A stretch of 64,000 nucleotides of DNA, from contig JBDNIW010000003.1 in assembly GCA_041688155.1 (NCBI GenBank), positions 5,555 through 69,554 of the forward strand, read 5' to 3'. Positions 1 to 9,704 of this stretch are shown one piece after another. Numbering within the stretch: position 1 is the first letter of the stretch; the number at the start of each line of letters is the position of its first letter. The stretch comes from Minisyncoccota bacterium (GTDB taxonomy: Bacteria; Patescibacteriota; Minisyncoccia; Phycocordibacterales; UBA918). Under the pieces are notes generated by a model that had not been told where the DNA came from, did not search any database, and was given only the letters and a program-made list of their open reading frames with translations. The position numbers and the translations under genes are program-made.

Positions 1-1
1 T

Positions 2-187
2 CTGACACACACCGTCGAGCACGCCGTCTACGTCGACGACCATCCAGAGCACATCAAAAACGCCGTCCAAACCATCCCGCGCGTAACCGTCGTGTATCTC
101 GATCGCAGCGGTGCCCGCCGGCAGATAGCCGGGGCGCAGACGATTAGTAGTCTAGCTGAGCTCGATGCTATCATTACCCCGATATGA
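2..187 (+). CDS. HAD-superfamily hydrolase-like protein, C-terminal part (5' truncated by window)
   Basis: Frame 2 is open from the window edge (LTHTVEHAVYVDDHPEHIKNAV...ISSLAELDAIITPI*). YVDD resembles HAD motif IV. The stop overlaps the next ATG (ATGA). Confidence 0.55.
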   Translation: MTHTVEHAVYVDDHPEHIKNAVQTIPRVTVVYLDRSGARRQIAGAQTISSLAELDAIITPI

Positions 188-1308
188 AACTCCTGATTGC
201 AACTGGTCTATATACCCCAGACATAGGCGGCCCCGCCACGTACACCACCCTACTCGAAGCAGACCTGCCTCAGCACGACGTCGAGGTCACGGTGGTGCCG
301 TTTACCCTGGTGCGCCGTTATCCCAAACTCATCCGCCACGTCGTCTACGGGTGGCGAGTATGGCAGGCGGCTCGGTCGGTCGACATCATCTACGCGCTCG
401 ACCCGATCAGTGTCGGGCTACCAGCCCTGTTTGCCGCCAAACTCCGTCGCACGCCATTTCTGCTACGACTCGGGGGTGACTACGCTTGGGAGCAAGGCCG
501 GATCAGGTTTGGCGTCACCCAGACCCTCGACGGATACGTCCAGAACCCCACCGGCCGGCCGCTCCTAGTGCGCCTACTTGCAGCCCTGCAGACCTACGTT
601 GCGCACAACGCCGTGACCGTCATTGCACCCAGTCAATACCTCAAACGCATCATCACGCAGTGGGGAATAGACCCGGCCACTATCGCGGTCATCTACAGCA
701 CGCTCGTCCCCTTAGTGTCGACGCAATCAGCGGCCGACACTAGACGAGCGCAGTCGCTCGAGGCGCCCGTGCTCGTGACCGCCGGCCGTCTGGTCCCGTG
801 GAAAGGTATGTTGGCGGTGATTGCGGTGGTACGTCAGCTCCGCCACCAGTACCCGACGGTCACACTGTTGATTGTCGGTGATGGTCCCCAGCTAGGAGAA
901 CTGCAGGCGTACGTCGCCAAACACCAACTCGACCAGCATGTCCGGTTTCTCGGACGGCAATCCAAAACCGAGTTGGCCAACACCGTCAAGTCAGCCGATG
1001 TGTTCATTCTCAACACCGCCTACGAAGGTCTCTCGCATCAGCTACTAGAAGTCATGGATCTCGGCGTGCCGATTGTGACCACCAACAACGGGGGTAACAC
1101 CGAACTCCTCTCCGACGGAGTCGATTCATTCCTCGTGCCGTTTAACGACCAGTCGGCGCTACAGGCCGCCTGTGAGCGACTGCTGCAGTACCCCGCAACC
1201 GCCGCCCAGCTGGTCCAGTTTGCTCGCGCCCGGACCAAAGATTTTTCCCGCCAGCGCGCCGTCGAGCAGTTTGTCACCCTCATACAACGCATCCACCATG
1301 GCACATAA
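184..1308 (+). CDS. Glycosyltransferase family 4 (GT-B)
   Basis: N-terminal YTPDIGGPAT; GRLVPWKG; EGLSHQLLE (EX7E) motif. Confidence 0.93.
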   Translation: MKLLIATGLYTPDIGGPATYTTLLEADLPQHDVEVTVVPFTLVRRYPKLIRHVVYGWRVWQAARSVDIIYALDPISVGLPALFAAKLRRTPFLLRLGGDYAWEQGRIRFGVTQTLDGYVQNPTGRPLLVRLLAALQTYVAHNAVTVIAPSQYLKRIITQWGIDPATIAVIYSTLVPLVSTQSAADTRRAQSLEAPVLVTAGRLVPWKGMLAVIAVVRQLRHQYPTVTLLIVGDGPQLGELQAYVAKHQLDQHVRFLGRQSKTELANTVKSADVFILNTAYEGLSHQLLEVMDLGVPIVTTNNGGNTELLSDGVDSFLVPFNDQSALQAACERLLQYPATAAQLVQFARARTKDFSRQRAVEQFVTLIQRIHHGT

Positions 1309-2413
1309 CCTCATCGCCATCAGCTACGCCAAACGCACGCTCGAGCCAGACTCGCGCGAACGAGCCCGGATGCAGTCGTACGCCACGCACCTCACCAGTT
1401 ATCACGTGATCGTGTTCACCCGCCAGGGTGAAGGGTTCCCAGCTGTGCAGCACGACGGCTCACTCCACCTCTACGCCACCAATGCCCGCACCAAACTCGG
1501 GATGTTGTGGCGATCGTACCGTATCGGACGAACTATTATCCAACAGCATCCCGACACCCAGTTTGTTGTGACAAGCCAGGATCCGTTTGAAACGAGTTTG
1601 ATCGGGCGCGCGCTGGCGCGCGCCCGCACCGTCCGCCACCACGTCCAGATCCACGGCGACGTGTTCAACCCGGCCAGCTACACCGCGGCGCTACTGCCGC
1701 GGGTGCGAGTCAGGTACGGTCGCCACGTCGTCCGCCACACGGCGGCCATCAGGGTAGTGAGCGCCCGGATCAAGCGCAGCCTGGTCGCTCTGGGGGTTGC
1801 GCCCGACCGCATCACGGTTCTACCCGTCCAAGCCGACCTCGCCGCGCTGTTGCCCATTGGCGCTAGTCGCCGGCATACACCCCAGTCACCACTACGACTC
1901 TTGTTCCTTGGTCGCCTAGCCCCAGAAAAACAACTGGCCATCCTCATCAACGCCGTCGCAATCCTCCAGACCAACCAGGTCGCGGTACAACTGCACATCG
2001 TCGGTGCTGGTCCAGAGGCAGCTCGTCTCCAACAGCAGGTCAGTAGTCACCACCTCGAGGCGCACGTTACGTTCACCCCCTGGACTGATGACATCACGAG
2101 CGTACTGCAGTCGGCGGACGTGTTCTGCCTACCATCTGCCCACGAGGGCTGGGGTATGGTCCTACTCGAAGCCGCCGCCAGCGGTCTAGCGATTGTGACC
2201 ACTGACGTCGGCTGTGTCGGTGAGACCCTCATCAGCGGCGAGCATGTCTTGGTCGCCCACACGGAGCAACAGTTTGCGGACGCCATCACTCGCCTGACCG
2301 ACCCCGTCCTGCGTACCACTCTCGCTGACCGCGCCCACCAGGCCGCGACGCAGTTTGTCGCCGCTAGTAACAATCATCAGGAGCGGGTGGTAGCGGGACA
2401 TTTCACTACCTAG
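1298..2413 (+). CDS. Glycosyltransferase family 4
   Basis: GRLAPEK and EGWGMVLLEAAASG motifs. Start moved to ATG 1298 (MAHNLIAIS), which overlaps the previous stop. Confidence 0.92.
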   Translation: MAHNLIAISYAKRTLEPDSRERARMQSYATHLTSYHVIVFTRQGEGFPAVQHDGSLHLYATNARTKLGMLWRSYRIGRTIIQQHPDTQFVVTSQDPFETSLIGRALARARTVRHHVQIHGDVFNPASYTAALLPRVRVRYGRHVVRHTAAIRVVSARIKRSLVALGVAPDRITVLPVQADLAALLPIGASRRHTPQSPLRLLFLGRLAPEKQLAILINAVAILQTNQVAVQLHIVGAGPEAARLQQQVSSHHLEAHVTFTPWTDDITSVLQSADVFCLPSAHEGWGMVLLEAAASGLAIVTTDVGCVGETLISGEHVLVAHTEQQFADAITRLTDPVLRTTLADRAHQAATQFVAASNNHQERVVAGHFTT

Positions 2414-2443
2414 CGTCAGACGAGCTGTTATACTATCGGTACT

Positions 2444-3778
2444 ATGGCTCGCCGCGACCTATTAACCGATTCTTCTGACTACGCTTCAGGCGAGCTCGAC
2501 TACATATTACGGACTGACGACCCGCAGGCGGCAGCCGTCCCAAAGGTGACAGTGGAGCAGGCGCTACGCGGTGCCCGGGTAACCAAGTATAGTTCTAGCC
2601 GAAACGTCACCCGCGTATTGTTTATCTCCGAAAACACCGCGCTACTCAACCCATCTCGACAGACGCTCGACGGGTACATCAACGTTGCTGATATGTTTGA
2701 TGAAGTACATATTCTCGTGTTGCGGACCGGGATTGCTCCGAGACAGCCAGTGCTACGTCCTGACACCAACGTGTGGATATACACGGTCGCGACTGAGAAT
2801 TGGTGGCAACTACCAGCCGCTGCCCGCGACATGTTGGCCAAAGAACTGATGTTTGCTAACGGGTTCCGCCCAGACTTGATCATTGCTCGCGACCCACTGG
2901 TGTCTGGCCTAGTCGCCCTGCGTGCCGCCGCTACCTATGGTCGACCCGCGCAGCTGCACGTCACGCACACGGCCTATCACGAGTCAGGCGAGCAGCCAGG
3001 TTTATTGCAGCGACTCCTGGCGTGGTACACCATTCCTCGATTTACGAGTGTCCGCGTCACCAACAAAAAAGTCTGGTCCAAAATCCAATCAGCGGTGACG
3101 ACCACGGATTTTGCCATGTTGCCCCGGCTGAATCCATACGAATCAATCCTCACCAGCCCTGAGACCATCGACCTGCACGCACGATACCCCCAATACATTT
3201 TCACCATGCTGTTTGTCGGGTCGTTGGAACCCGGCTCCACCGTCCTAGAGGTTATCGCCGCTGCAGCAGACATGCTCCACAACTCCAGTATCTGTCTGAT
3301 TATCATCGGAGACGGCCCCTTGCGGGCAGACTGCCATAGCCGCGCCAAGGCCCTCGGAATCGAACGGCAAATCATCTATCTCCCCAGCACCGTCGACGTC
3401 GTCTCATACCTCAAAGCGGCCCACGTACTATTTGTCACCGATACCGACGAATACAGCGAAGACATTATTAGGCAAGCGGCATACGCCGGTATCCCGCTAC
3501 TCCTCACTCGTACCGAGTCACGCTCTGACCTGTTTACCCACCTTGAGTCGGCGTACTTTTGCGAACCGCACCAGATTGACACGCTCGCCGCTGGCCTAAC
3601 CACCCTGATGAACAACGTCGCGTTGCGGCAACATCTGTCCGAACAAGCCTTAGTCGAAGTCAAATCCCTGTTCCACCAAGACCCCAAACTATACCAACGG
3701 CGCTACCGTGAAAGCCTTGAAGCCGCCCTGTTTGCCGACGAGCCGCTCCCGGCCACTGACGATACCCGTCAAAATTAA
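2444..3778 (+). CDS. GT4-fold protein with degenerate catalytic motifs
   Basis: GT-B layout (RPDLIIARDP, IIGDGPLR, AGIPLLLT), but FVGSLEPGST replaces GRLxxxK and EYSEDIIRQ replaces EX7E. Confidence 0.75.
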   Translation: MARRDLLTDSSDYASGELDYILRTDDPQAAAVPKVTVEQALRGARVTKYSSSRNVTRVLFISENTALLNPSRQTLDGYINVADMFDEVHILVLRTGIAPRQPVLRPDTNVWIYTVATENWWQLPAAARDMLAKELMFANGFRPDLIIARDPLVSGLVALRAAATYGRPAQLHVTHTAYHESGEQPGLLQRLLAWYTIPRFTSVRVTNKKVWSKIQSAVTTTDFAMLPRLNPYESILTSPETIDLHARYPQYIFTMLFVGSLEPGSTVLEVIAAAADMLHNSSICLIIIGDGPLRADCHSRAKALGIERQIIYLPSTVDVVSYLKAAHVLFVTDTDEYSEDIIRQAAYAGIPLLLTRTESRSDLFTHLESAYFCEPHQIDTLAAGLTTLMNNVALRQHLSEQALVEVKSLFHQDPKLYQRRYRESLEAALFADEPLPATDDTRQN

Positions 3779-3801
3779 CTCTGTGCTATCATGCACTGCT
3801 T

Positions 3802-4668
3802 ATGGAATCACTGATACAACTACTACAGCCCAACCGCACGATCGCCAAAACCGGCATCTACGTCACCAACGACATCGCCAACACAACTGTCTGGGACAAA
3901 CTAGCCCTCGAGAACCCGACCCACGCCGTCATATCAGCCACGGACGAACCCGCCGCCACGCAGAAATCCCACGTCCAGATTGCCGACATCAAACGCCATC
4001 TGCAGCCAACCGACGTCGTACTCGACTACGGCTGTGGGTATGGTCGGGTTGCCCAACACCTGCTACCCCAGCTACAACTGGCAGGGTATATCGGACTCGA
4101 CAGTTCCTATCAGATGCTCCAACTGTTCAAACTCCGCTACCACAAAAACGACGACGAGCAGACCACCCCAGTCCTGCTCCTGAACGCCGACATCAACTCC
4201 ATCCCGCTGCAACCGGCGTCGGTTGACGCCGTGATTGTCAGCGCCGTGTTCCTCCACAACCACAAATCAATCGTGCACCAAGCCATGGACCAGCTCACCC
4301 GGGTGGTCAAACCAGGCGGGACGGTCCTGGTCTATTCCTCATTCCCGCGGATTGCGACGCTGATGGGGCTCCAAGGACAGCTGTATCAGATGGCGCTCAA
4401 CCTACTCGGCCGCCCGTTTAAAAACGGCCCCGTCCGCTACTACACCGCCCGCGAGATCAAACGCCTGTTCGCCAGTTTTAGCAACGTACAACTAGTCCCG
4501 GTCGGGTTCGCCGTCCTGCCCAAAACCATCCTCATCTTGCCGTGGCCCCTCGAAGTCGCCTGGCGCAAAGGCATCGCCAACCCCGTCAACACCCTACTCG
4601 AACGCATCACCCCCCAGTCCCTCAAGTGTCACTTTGCCGTCCATTTCGACGTTATAGCAAAGCGATAG
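3802..4668 (+). CDS. Class I SAM-dependent methyltransferase
   Basis: VLDYGCGYG motif I; IPLQPASVDAV; RVVKPGG. Confidence 0.9.
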   Translation: MESLIQLLQPNRTIAKTGIYVTNDIANTTVWDKLALENPTHAVISATDEPAATQKSHVQIADIKRHLQPTDVVLDYGCGYGRVAQHLLPQLQLAGYIGLDSSYQMLQLFKLRYHKNDDEQTTPVLLLNADINSIPLQPASVDAVIVSAVFLHNHKSIVHQAMDQLTRVVKPGGTVLVYSSFPRIATLMGLQGQLYQMALNLLGRPFKNGPVRYYTAREIKRLFASFSNVQLVPVGFAVLPKTILILPWPLEVAWRKGIANPVNTLLERITPQSLKCHFAVHFDVIAKR

Positions 4669-4669
4669 C

Positions 4670-5689
4670 ATGAAACTCCTCATCGTCACCCAAGTCATAG
4701 ACACCGACCACCCCATCCTCGGGTTCTTTCATCGCTGGGTGACTGAGTTCGCCCTGCACTACGAGCACGTGCATGTCATTGCGCTGCAGGTAGGGAAGCA
4801 CGATCTACCAGCCAACGTCACCGTCCACAGCCTCGGCAAAGAATCCGGCGTCAACCGCCTGCAGTACCTCATCCGCTTCTACCAACTGATCTGGCAACTA
4901 CGCCCGCAGTACGACCACGTGTTCGTCCACATGAACCAAATCTACGTCATCCTCGGCGCCGCCCTCTGGCGCGCCACCGGCAAGCGGATCGGATTGTGGT
5001 ACATGCATGGCACTACCTCAGTGTCATTGCGAGTGGCCGAGAAACTGACCCATCGTATTTTTACCGGCTCACCTGAAAGTTGCTGCATCAAAAGCAGCAA
5101 AATAGTAGTGACTGGTCACGGCATTGATACCACACACTTTGCACCAGACAGAACCGTCGAAAAGAAATATGACCTAGTCAGCATCGGTCGTATCACTCAC
5201 TCCAAAAATTTGATCGAGTTAGTAAACTTGTTCGCTCAGATTCGAGAACAAGCGGACGTGTCACTCACCATAGTAGGTGCACCAGTGACAGTAGCCGAAC
5301 AAGCCTACGAACAAAAGTTGCGTCAGCATATCGCCGACTTGGAACTAGCTGACCATGTCAATCTTCCCGGCAGAGTCTCCCAAGCCGACTTACCTCAGTT
5401 CCTCAACCGATCAAAAATATTTGTAACCGTAGCCCAAAACGGCAGCCTAGACAAAGCCATCCTCGAAGCCATGGCAGTCGGTCTCCCAGTAGTCTCAATG
5501 GCCCCAGGAACAGCGTCACTGGAATTGGGTCCACAACAAGTTACCCAACCCGATGACTTTGCGTCCCAGGTACAGGCCCTACTACAACAACCATCGTTTT
5601 TCTCCCCAAAGAATGTAAAATGTATACAAAGCACCCACAGTATCGATTCTCTCGTACAAGAAAAAATTTTAAAAAGTCTGTATGCCTGA
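4670..5689 (+). CDS. Glycosyltransferase family 4
   Basis: TGHGIDT, GRITHSKN and GSLDKAILEAMAVG motifs. Confidence 0.9.
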   Translation: MKLLIVTQVIDTDHPILGFFHRWVTEFALHYEHVHVIALQVGKHDLPANVTVHSLGKESGVNRLQYLIRFYQLIWQLRPQYDHVFVHMNQIYVILGAALWRATGKRIGLWYMHGTTSVSLRVAEKLTHRIFTGSPESCCIKSSKIVVTGHGIDTTHFAPDRTVEKKYDLVSIGRITHSKNLIELVNLFAQIREQADVSLTIVGAPVTVAEQAYEQKLRQHIADLELADHVNLPGRVSQADLPQFLNRSKIFVTVAQNGSLDKAILEAMAVGLPVVSMAPGTASLELGPQQVTQPDDFASQVQALLQQPSFFSPKNVKCIQSTHSIDSLVQEKILKSLYA

Positions 5690-5804
5690 TTCTACTTATC
5701 AAAAACAAGTCGCTAAAAATCACTACTCTTTCGGGAAGTATTATTACCCTGGCCGTTGTCTTTGTTAAGGTCTAATAACTATAGGGTGAAGTAGTCACCA
5801 ATTA

Positions 5805-7199
5805 CTAGCTCAGGTGATTTTTTAAGATTCTTAGGGAGAGTTTTTCGTAATTTGACTTGGCTACAATCCCCATCAGTTTGGAATCCAGGTTCTCATAGAA
5901 ATCTGATGTCTCTTTATTTCTTTCTTGGGGTAGTGTAAAACCTTTTTTTCGATAAACTAGGTCTTTGGGTAGGAAGTTTAAGGCGACTTCTCTGAATAAA
6001 TTTTTCTCGAAGGATATTCTTGTCTTGGATTCTTTGTTGAAAGATATTTTTTGTCGGCTATCTATTCCTATATAAAACTCAATCAAATCCATATCGTAAT
6101 AAGGGTTACTGCATAGTTTTTTATTGGCTATAGAGGGTCCGTTGATAGATTCGCCGTCTATGGGTGTGTGAGCTATGTACATACCAGCTTGAGCAATTTG
6201 ACCAGTAATTGATATATCTTTATCAATATAGTCTTCATATGGATGTTTCGTTACATAACCATGTGTGCAGTGATGTAAATAATTTTTGACTGGACTGTTG
6301 TGTGGCATATCAACAAACTTGTTACGAATGACCTTTGGTAAGAAGCTTGTAACGATCGTATTTGATTGGGCAGAAACAGAGGACGACATCGTATCTGTAT
6401 TTTGAGCAAACATGAGCTGATTTTCTTTTGAAATGTCAGATTCTGCCCAAAGTGCAGCAATATTAATCGCTGTAGGTGAACCGTTTGGTGTCTTATATAA
6501 ATCTTTAAGGCTTTTCAAATACTCAGCATATTTTTTTGGACAAACATCAATTAAGGTATGTTTAGCAGCTCCAATTGCTTCCGCATTTTTTTTTGCAAAT
6601 GAGTACTCTGTTCCGTTTTTTCCCCAAGGCAAGGCTGTGTAGGCATTGATCTTGATGTCTTTACTTTTCAATATGCAACCAACCAAACCACTGTCCATAC
6701 CTCCACTCAAATACAATCCAATAGTATCTTCTTTTAATGTTCTCTCCACTGCTTTTTCTAGTAGCTTGTATAGTTCAATCCTAATTTCTGCCCTGGAGTT
6801 GGGGCTAGAAATAGTATTCATTCGGTAGGTATAGATGTTTTGTACTGATTGAGTATTTACTCTAAGGACTGATCCTGGTGGAACTATTTTTATTTCAGAA
6901 TCTATCTCCGTTACTTTACCAGAAGCAAGTCCCAAATATCGTTGAATATTCTCTGGCTTTAAATTGCTTCTGTTAGGTTTTAGTGAGTTATAGTTAAAGG
7001 ACCAATGAACAAGATTGTCTGATATTTTGTAGTAAAGAGGAATCGTACCCAGATGATCTCTTACAGCTAAAAATTCGCCTGGACCAACCTCAAATACAGC
7101 TGCAAAATTCGCGTCGCGTCGCTCTTTTGTAAAAAATGTCTCCCATGACGTTTTATCACCTACTATATTTTCGAAATTATACGATATAACTTTTTTCAT
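5805..7199 (-). CDS. Asparagine synthase-like amidotransferase (no N-terminal catalytic Cys)
   Basis: RDHLGTIPLYY, IVPPGS, YLSGGMDS (PP-loop) and YRKKGF are present. It lacks the MCGI N-terminus. AT-rich. Confidence 0.8.
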   Translation of the reverse strand: MKKVISYNFENIVGDKTSWETFFTKERRDANFAAVFEVGPGEFLAVRDHLGTIPLYYKISDNLVHWSFNYNSLKPNRSNLKPENIQRYLGLASGKVTEIDSEIKIVPPGSVLRVNTQSVQNIYTYRMNTISSPNSRAEIRIELYKLLEKAVERTLKEDTIGLYLSGGMDSGLVGCILKSKDIKINAYTALPWGKNGTEYSFAKKNAEAIGAAKHTLIDVCPKKYAEYLKSLKDLYKTPNGSPTAINIAALWAESDISKENQLMFAQNTDTMSSSVSAQSNTIVTSFLPKVIRNKFVDMPHNSPVKNYLHHCTHGYVTKHPYEDYIDKDISITGQIAQAGMYIAHTPIDGESINGPSIANKKLCSNPYYDMDLIEFYIGIDSRQKISFNKESKTRISFEKNLFREVALNFLPKDLVYRKKGFTLPQERNKETSDFYENLDSKLMGIVAKSNYEKLSLRILKNHLS

Positions 7200-7322
7200 A
7201 TGACTTGAGTAGTATACTAGTAGAAAAGAACGGTGTTAACTAAAATATAAAATAAACTGTATAATTATCCACAACCAGTGTCGTTTCTTGCAACTATCGA
7301 TAAACGAAAGTCTAAGCTAATT

Positions 7323-8429
7323 ATGAAACTAGCCTACTTAGCGAACATCAGATTTCCAAGTGAACGAGCGCACTCTACACATATAGCCCATATGTGTCAG
7401 GCTTTTTCGGCTGTTCCGGCAAACGTGACATTGATAGTAAATAAACGAGTTTTAGGGTCAAACAAAGCAGTGGATGATTTGTATAAGTTCAAGTCGGACT
7501 TTACTATTCAGCGTATCTACTCTAGTCCCTTAGTTACATCCATTTTCTTCACGTTCCACCTGAGTGCACTTATATTTGTATTTAACGCCTTATTACACAG
7601 CCGGCGTACTGAGTATGATATTTTCTACACGCGTGACGAATGGATTACCTGGATGCTATCTTTCTTCATCCCAAGCAAAAAAATCATCTGGGAATCCCAT
7701 GAAGCAAAATTCAATCTACCCGCTAGAAGAATTCTAAAAAAGGGTATAAAGACCATCGTGATTTCTGAAGGTATTTACACTGCGTACATAAAGCGAGGTG
7801 TAGACGCGAGTCAGATGTTAATTGCTCATGACGCTATTGATGAATCATTTTTTGGTCCAGTAGATACCCAAGCAACTGCGCGAGAGCGGCTTGGGTTATC
7901 GTCAGACTCCAAAATAGCCATGTATATTGGTGGATTTGACGCCTGGAAGGGGGTCGAGACGTTCTTTAAAGCAGCTAGTCTTACAAAAGATACGTTGTAT
8001 GTTGCTATTGGTGGTACTGAGCTACAGGTTGCTGAGTACACAAAACAATACCCCGACGTAGTATTTCTAGGATCAAAGCCATATAGCGATTTAAAAGATT
8101 ATCAACAAGCGGCAGATATTTTAGTAATTCCAAACACAGCTACAAATACATTGTCTGCAAACTACACCTCACCGTTAAAATTATTTGCGCATATGACATC
8201 AGGCATACCTCTGTTGTTAAGTGACATCCCGAGTCTCAAAAACGTCACTGGTACAGAGTTGGTTACATTCTTCGAGGCCGATAATGCGATAGCGTTAGAT
8301 AAAGGTGTCACCAGTATTGTTCTAGATGCCGCTAAAAAGAAACAAAACGCCCTTGTTTTAAAAAGAATTTCTGAGAAATACACTTGGACTGAGCGTACTC
8401 ATTCAATTATAAAGTTTATTTCCGCATAA
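7323..8429 (+). CDS. Glycosyltransferase family 4
   Basis: RFPSERAH N-terminus; WKGVET; YTSPLKLFAHMTSGIP; KYTWTER. Confidence 0.9.
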   Translation: MKLAYLANIRFPSERAHSTHIAHMCQAFSAVPANVTLIVNKRVLGSNKAVDDLYKFKSDFTIQRIYSSPLVTSIFFTFHLSALIFVFNALLHSRRTEYDIFYTRDEWITWMLSFFIPSKKIIWESHEAKFNLPARRILKKGIKTIVISEGIYTAYIKRGVDASQMLIAHDAIDESFFGPVDTQATARERLGLSSDSKIAMYIGGFDAWKGVETFFKAASLTKDTLYVAIGGTELQVAEYTKQYPDVVFLGSKPYSDLKDYQQAADILVIPNTATNTLSANYTSPLKLFAHMTSGIPLLLSDIPSLKNVTGTELVTFFEADNAIALDKGVTSIVLDAAKKKQNALVLKRISEKYTWTERTHSIIKFISA

Positions 8430-8444
8430 GGTATACTGCTGCGT

Positions 8445-9059
8445 ATGACTAGTTGGGATATTTTCTTCAAAGAAAAGTGTATAGACATTTTTACCACTTC
8501 AAAAGAAGTGATTGATATTGGTGGTAGTTTAAGACTTGATACTGGTAAAAGTAATCGAGTCTCTGATAAAAATGCCTGGCTGCAAGAGTATGTAGACAAA
8601 GTTGACTACAAAATACTCGATCCTATACCTGACTATAATCCAGATATAGTAGGTGATATCCATGACTTACCGTTTGCTGATAATTCAAAAGAGGCTATTC
8701 TGTGTTTAGCAGTGTTAGAACATGTAGAAAACCCTATTAAAGCGGTGGAAGAGTTGTTCCGGGTTTTACAACCGGGTGGAAAACTATTGATATATGTGCC
8801 GTTCCTTTTTTATTATCACGCAGACAAAGGATACTACGGTGACTATTGGCGGTTTACCCATGACACATTAGAAATGTTCGCTAGACCATTTTCTACCCAT
8901 GAAATCAAAGAAGTACGTCTACCGGTCGAGACCCTGGTTAGACTCACTCCTCTTGGTAGGTATCGGTTTCCAATTTGGGTAGGAAGAAAGTTGGATGGTG
9001 CCCTGTATAAAAATGGTAGTCGTCAGGTGGCTGGGTATTATCTATACGTAGAAAAATAG
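8445..9059 (+). CDS. Class I SAM-dependent methyltransferase (Methyltransf_11-like)
   Basis: VIDIGG; GDIHDLPFAD; AVLEHV; RVLQPGG; DYWRFT. Confidence 0.88.
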   Translation: MTSWDIFFKEKCIDIFTTSKEVIDIGGSLRLDTGKSNRVSDKNAWLQEYVDKVDYKILDPIPDYNPDIVGDIHDLPFADNSKEAILCLAVLEHVENPIKAVEELFRVLQPGGKLLIYVPFLFYYHADKGYYGDYWRFTHDTLEMFARPFSTHEIKEVRLPVETLVRLTPLGRYRFPIWVGRKLDGALYKNGSRQVAGYYLYVEK

Positions 9060-9062
9060 CCT

Positions 9063-9704
9063 ATGCAAAAAATCACCAGAAAAAACATGAGACCTTTCCT
9101 AGAAAAATACGCTACAAACAGCGTAGTACTAGAAATAGGAGGTGGTGCAGTGTCTTGAAATCACACCTACAGTGATCTATTTCCAAATCGGCACACTGTC
9201 GATGTAGACCCACTCTGACAGTCAGATACCGTTGGGGACGCACACGCACTTCCGTTCGCCGATGGTTCATTTGAATACATTTTATGTATAGAAGTTCTAG
9301 AGCATCTCCATTCGCCACACCTAGCTATTGCTGAAATGAAACGGGTACTCAAACCAGATGCTACACTGATTCTAACCACCAGGTTCGTGTATCCTATCCA
9401 TGACGCACCTCACGATTACTACCGATATACTGAGTATGGATTACGACACTTATTTTCAGGTTGGAATATACAAGAGTTAGTCCCTGAAACTCAAACGATG
9501 TCAGCGGTTGGAGCATTGTTACAGCGAATTGGATTTCAAACTGATGTCCGAGGTGGTAAATTCACAAAGATGATTATGTATTCTTTAGCCTGGACGTTAG
9601 ATCACTTAAACTGGATTATAAAAAAAGAATACGGTGATATCAAGAAAAAAGTGTCGCAAACAAACATTATTACTACTGGGTACTATTTGGTTGCAATAAA
9701 TTAA
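9063..9704 (+). pseudogene. SAM-dependent methyltransferase interrupted by two in-frame TGA codons
   Basis: From ATG 9063, in frame with ORF 9336..9704: MQKITRKNMRPFLEKYATNSVVLEIGGGAVS*NHTYSDLFPNRHTVDVDPL*QSDTVGDAHALPFADGSFEYILCIEVLEHL... The TGA codons are at 9156-9158 and 9216-9218. Confidence 0.85.

Noticed and set aside
5805-7199. Lasso-peptide cyclase
   Set aside because: There is no precursor, RRE or B-type peptidase nearby, and the context is glycan synthesis.
7265-7273. Perfect DnaA box TTATCCACA as a replication origin
   Set aside because: It is a single box with no cluster and no dnaA/dnaN nearby.
9156-9218. Genome-wide TGA recoding (genetic code 25 or 4)
   Set aside because: TGA ends ordinary genes here (e.g. 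at 187, 5689, 27250, 36798), and no core gene contains an in-frame TGA.
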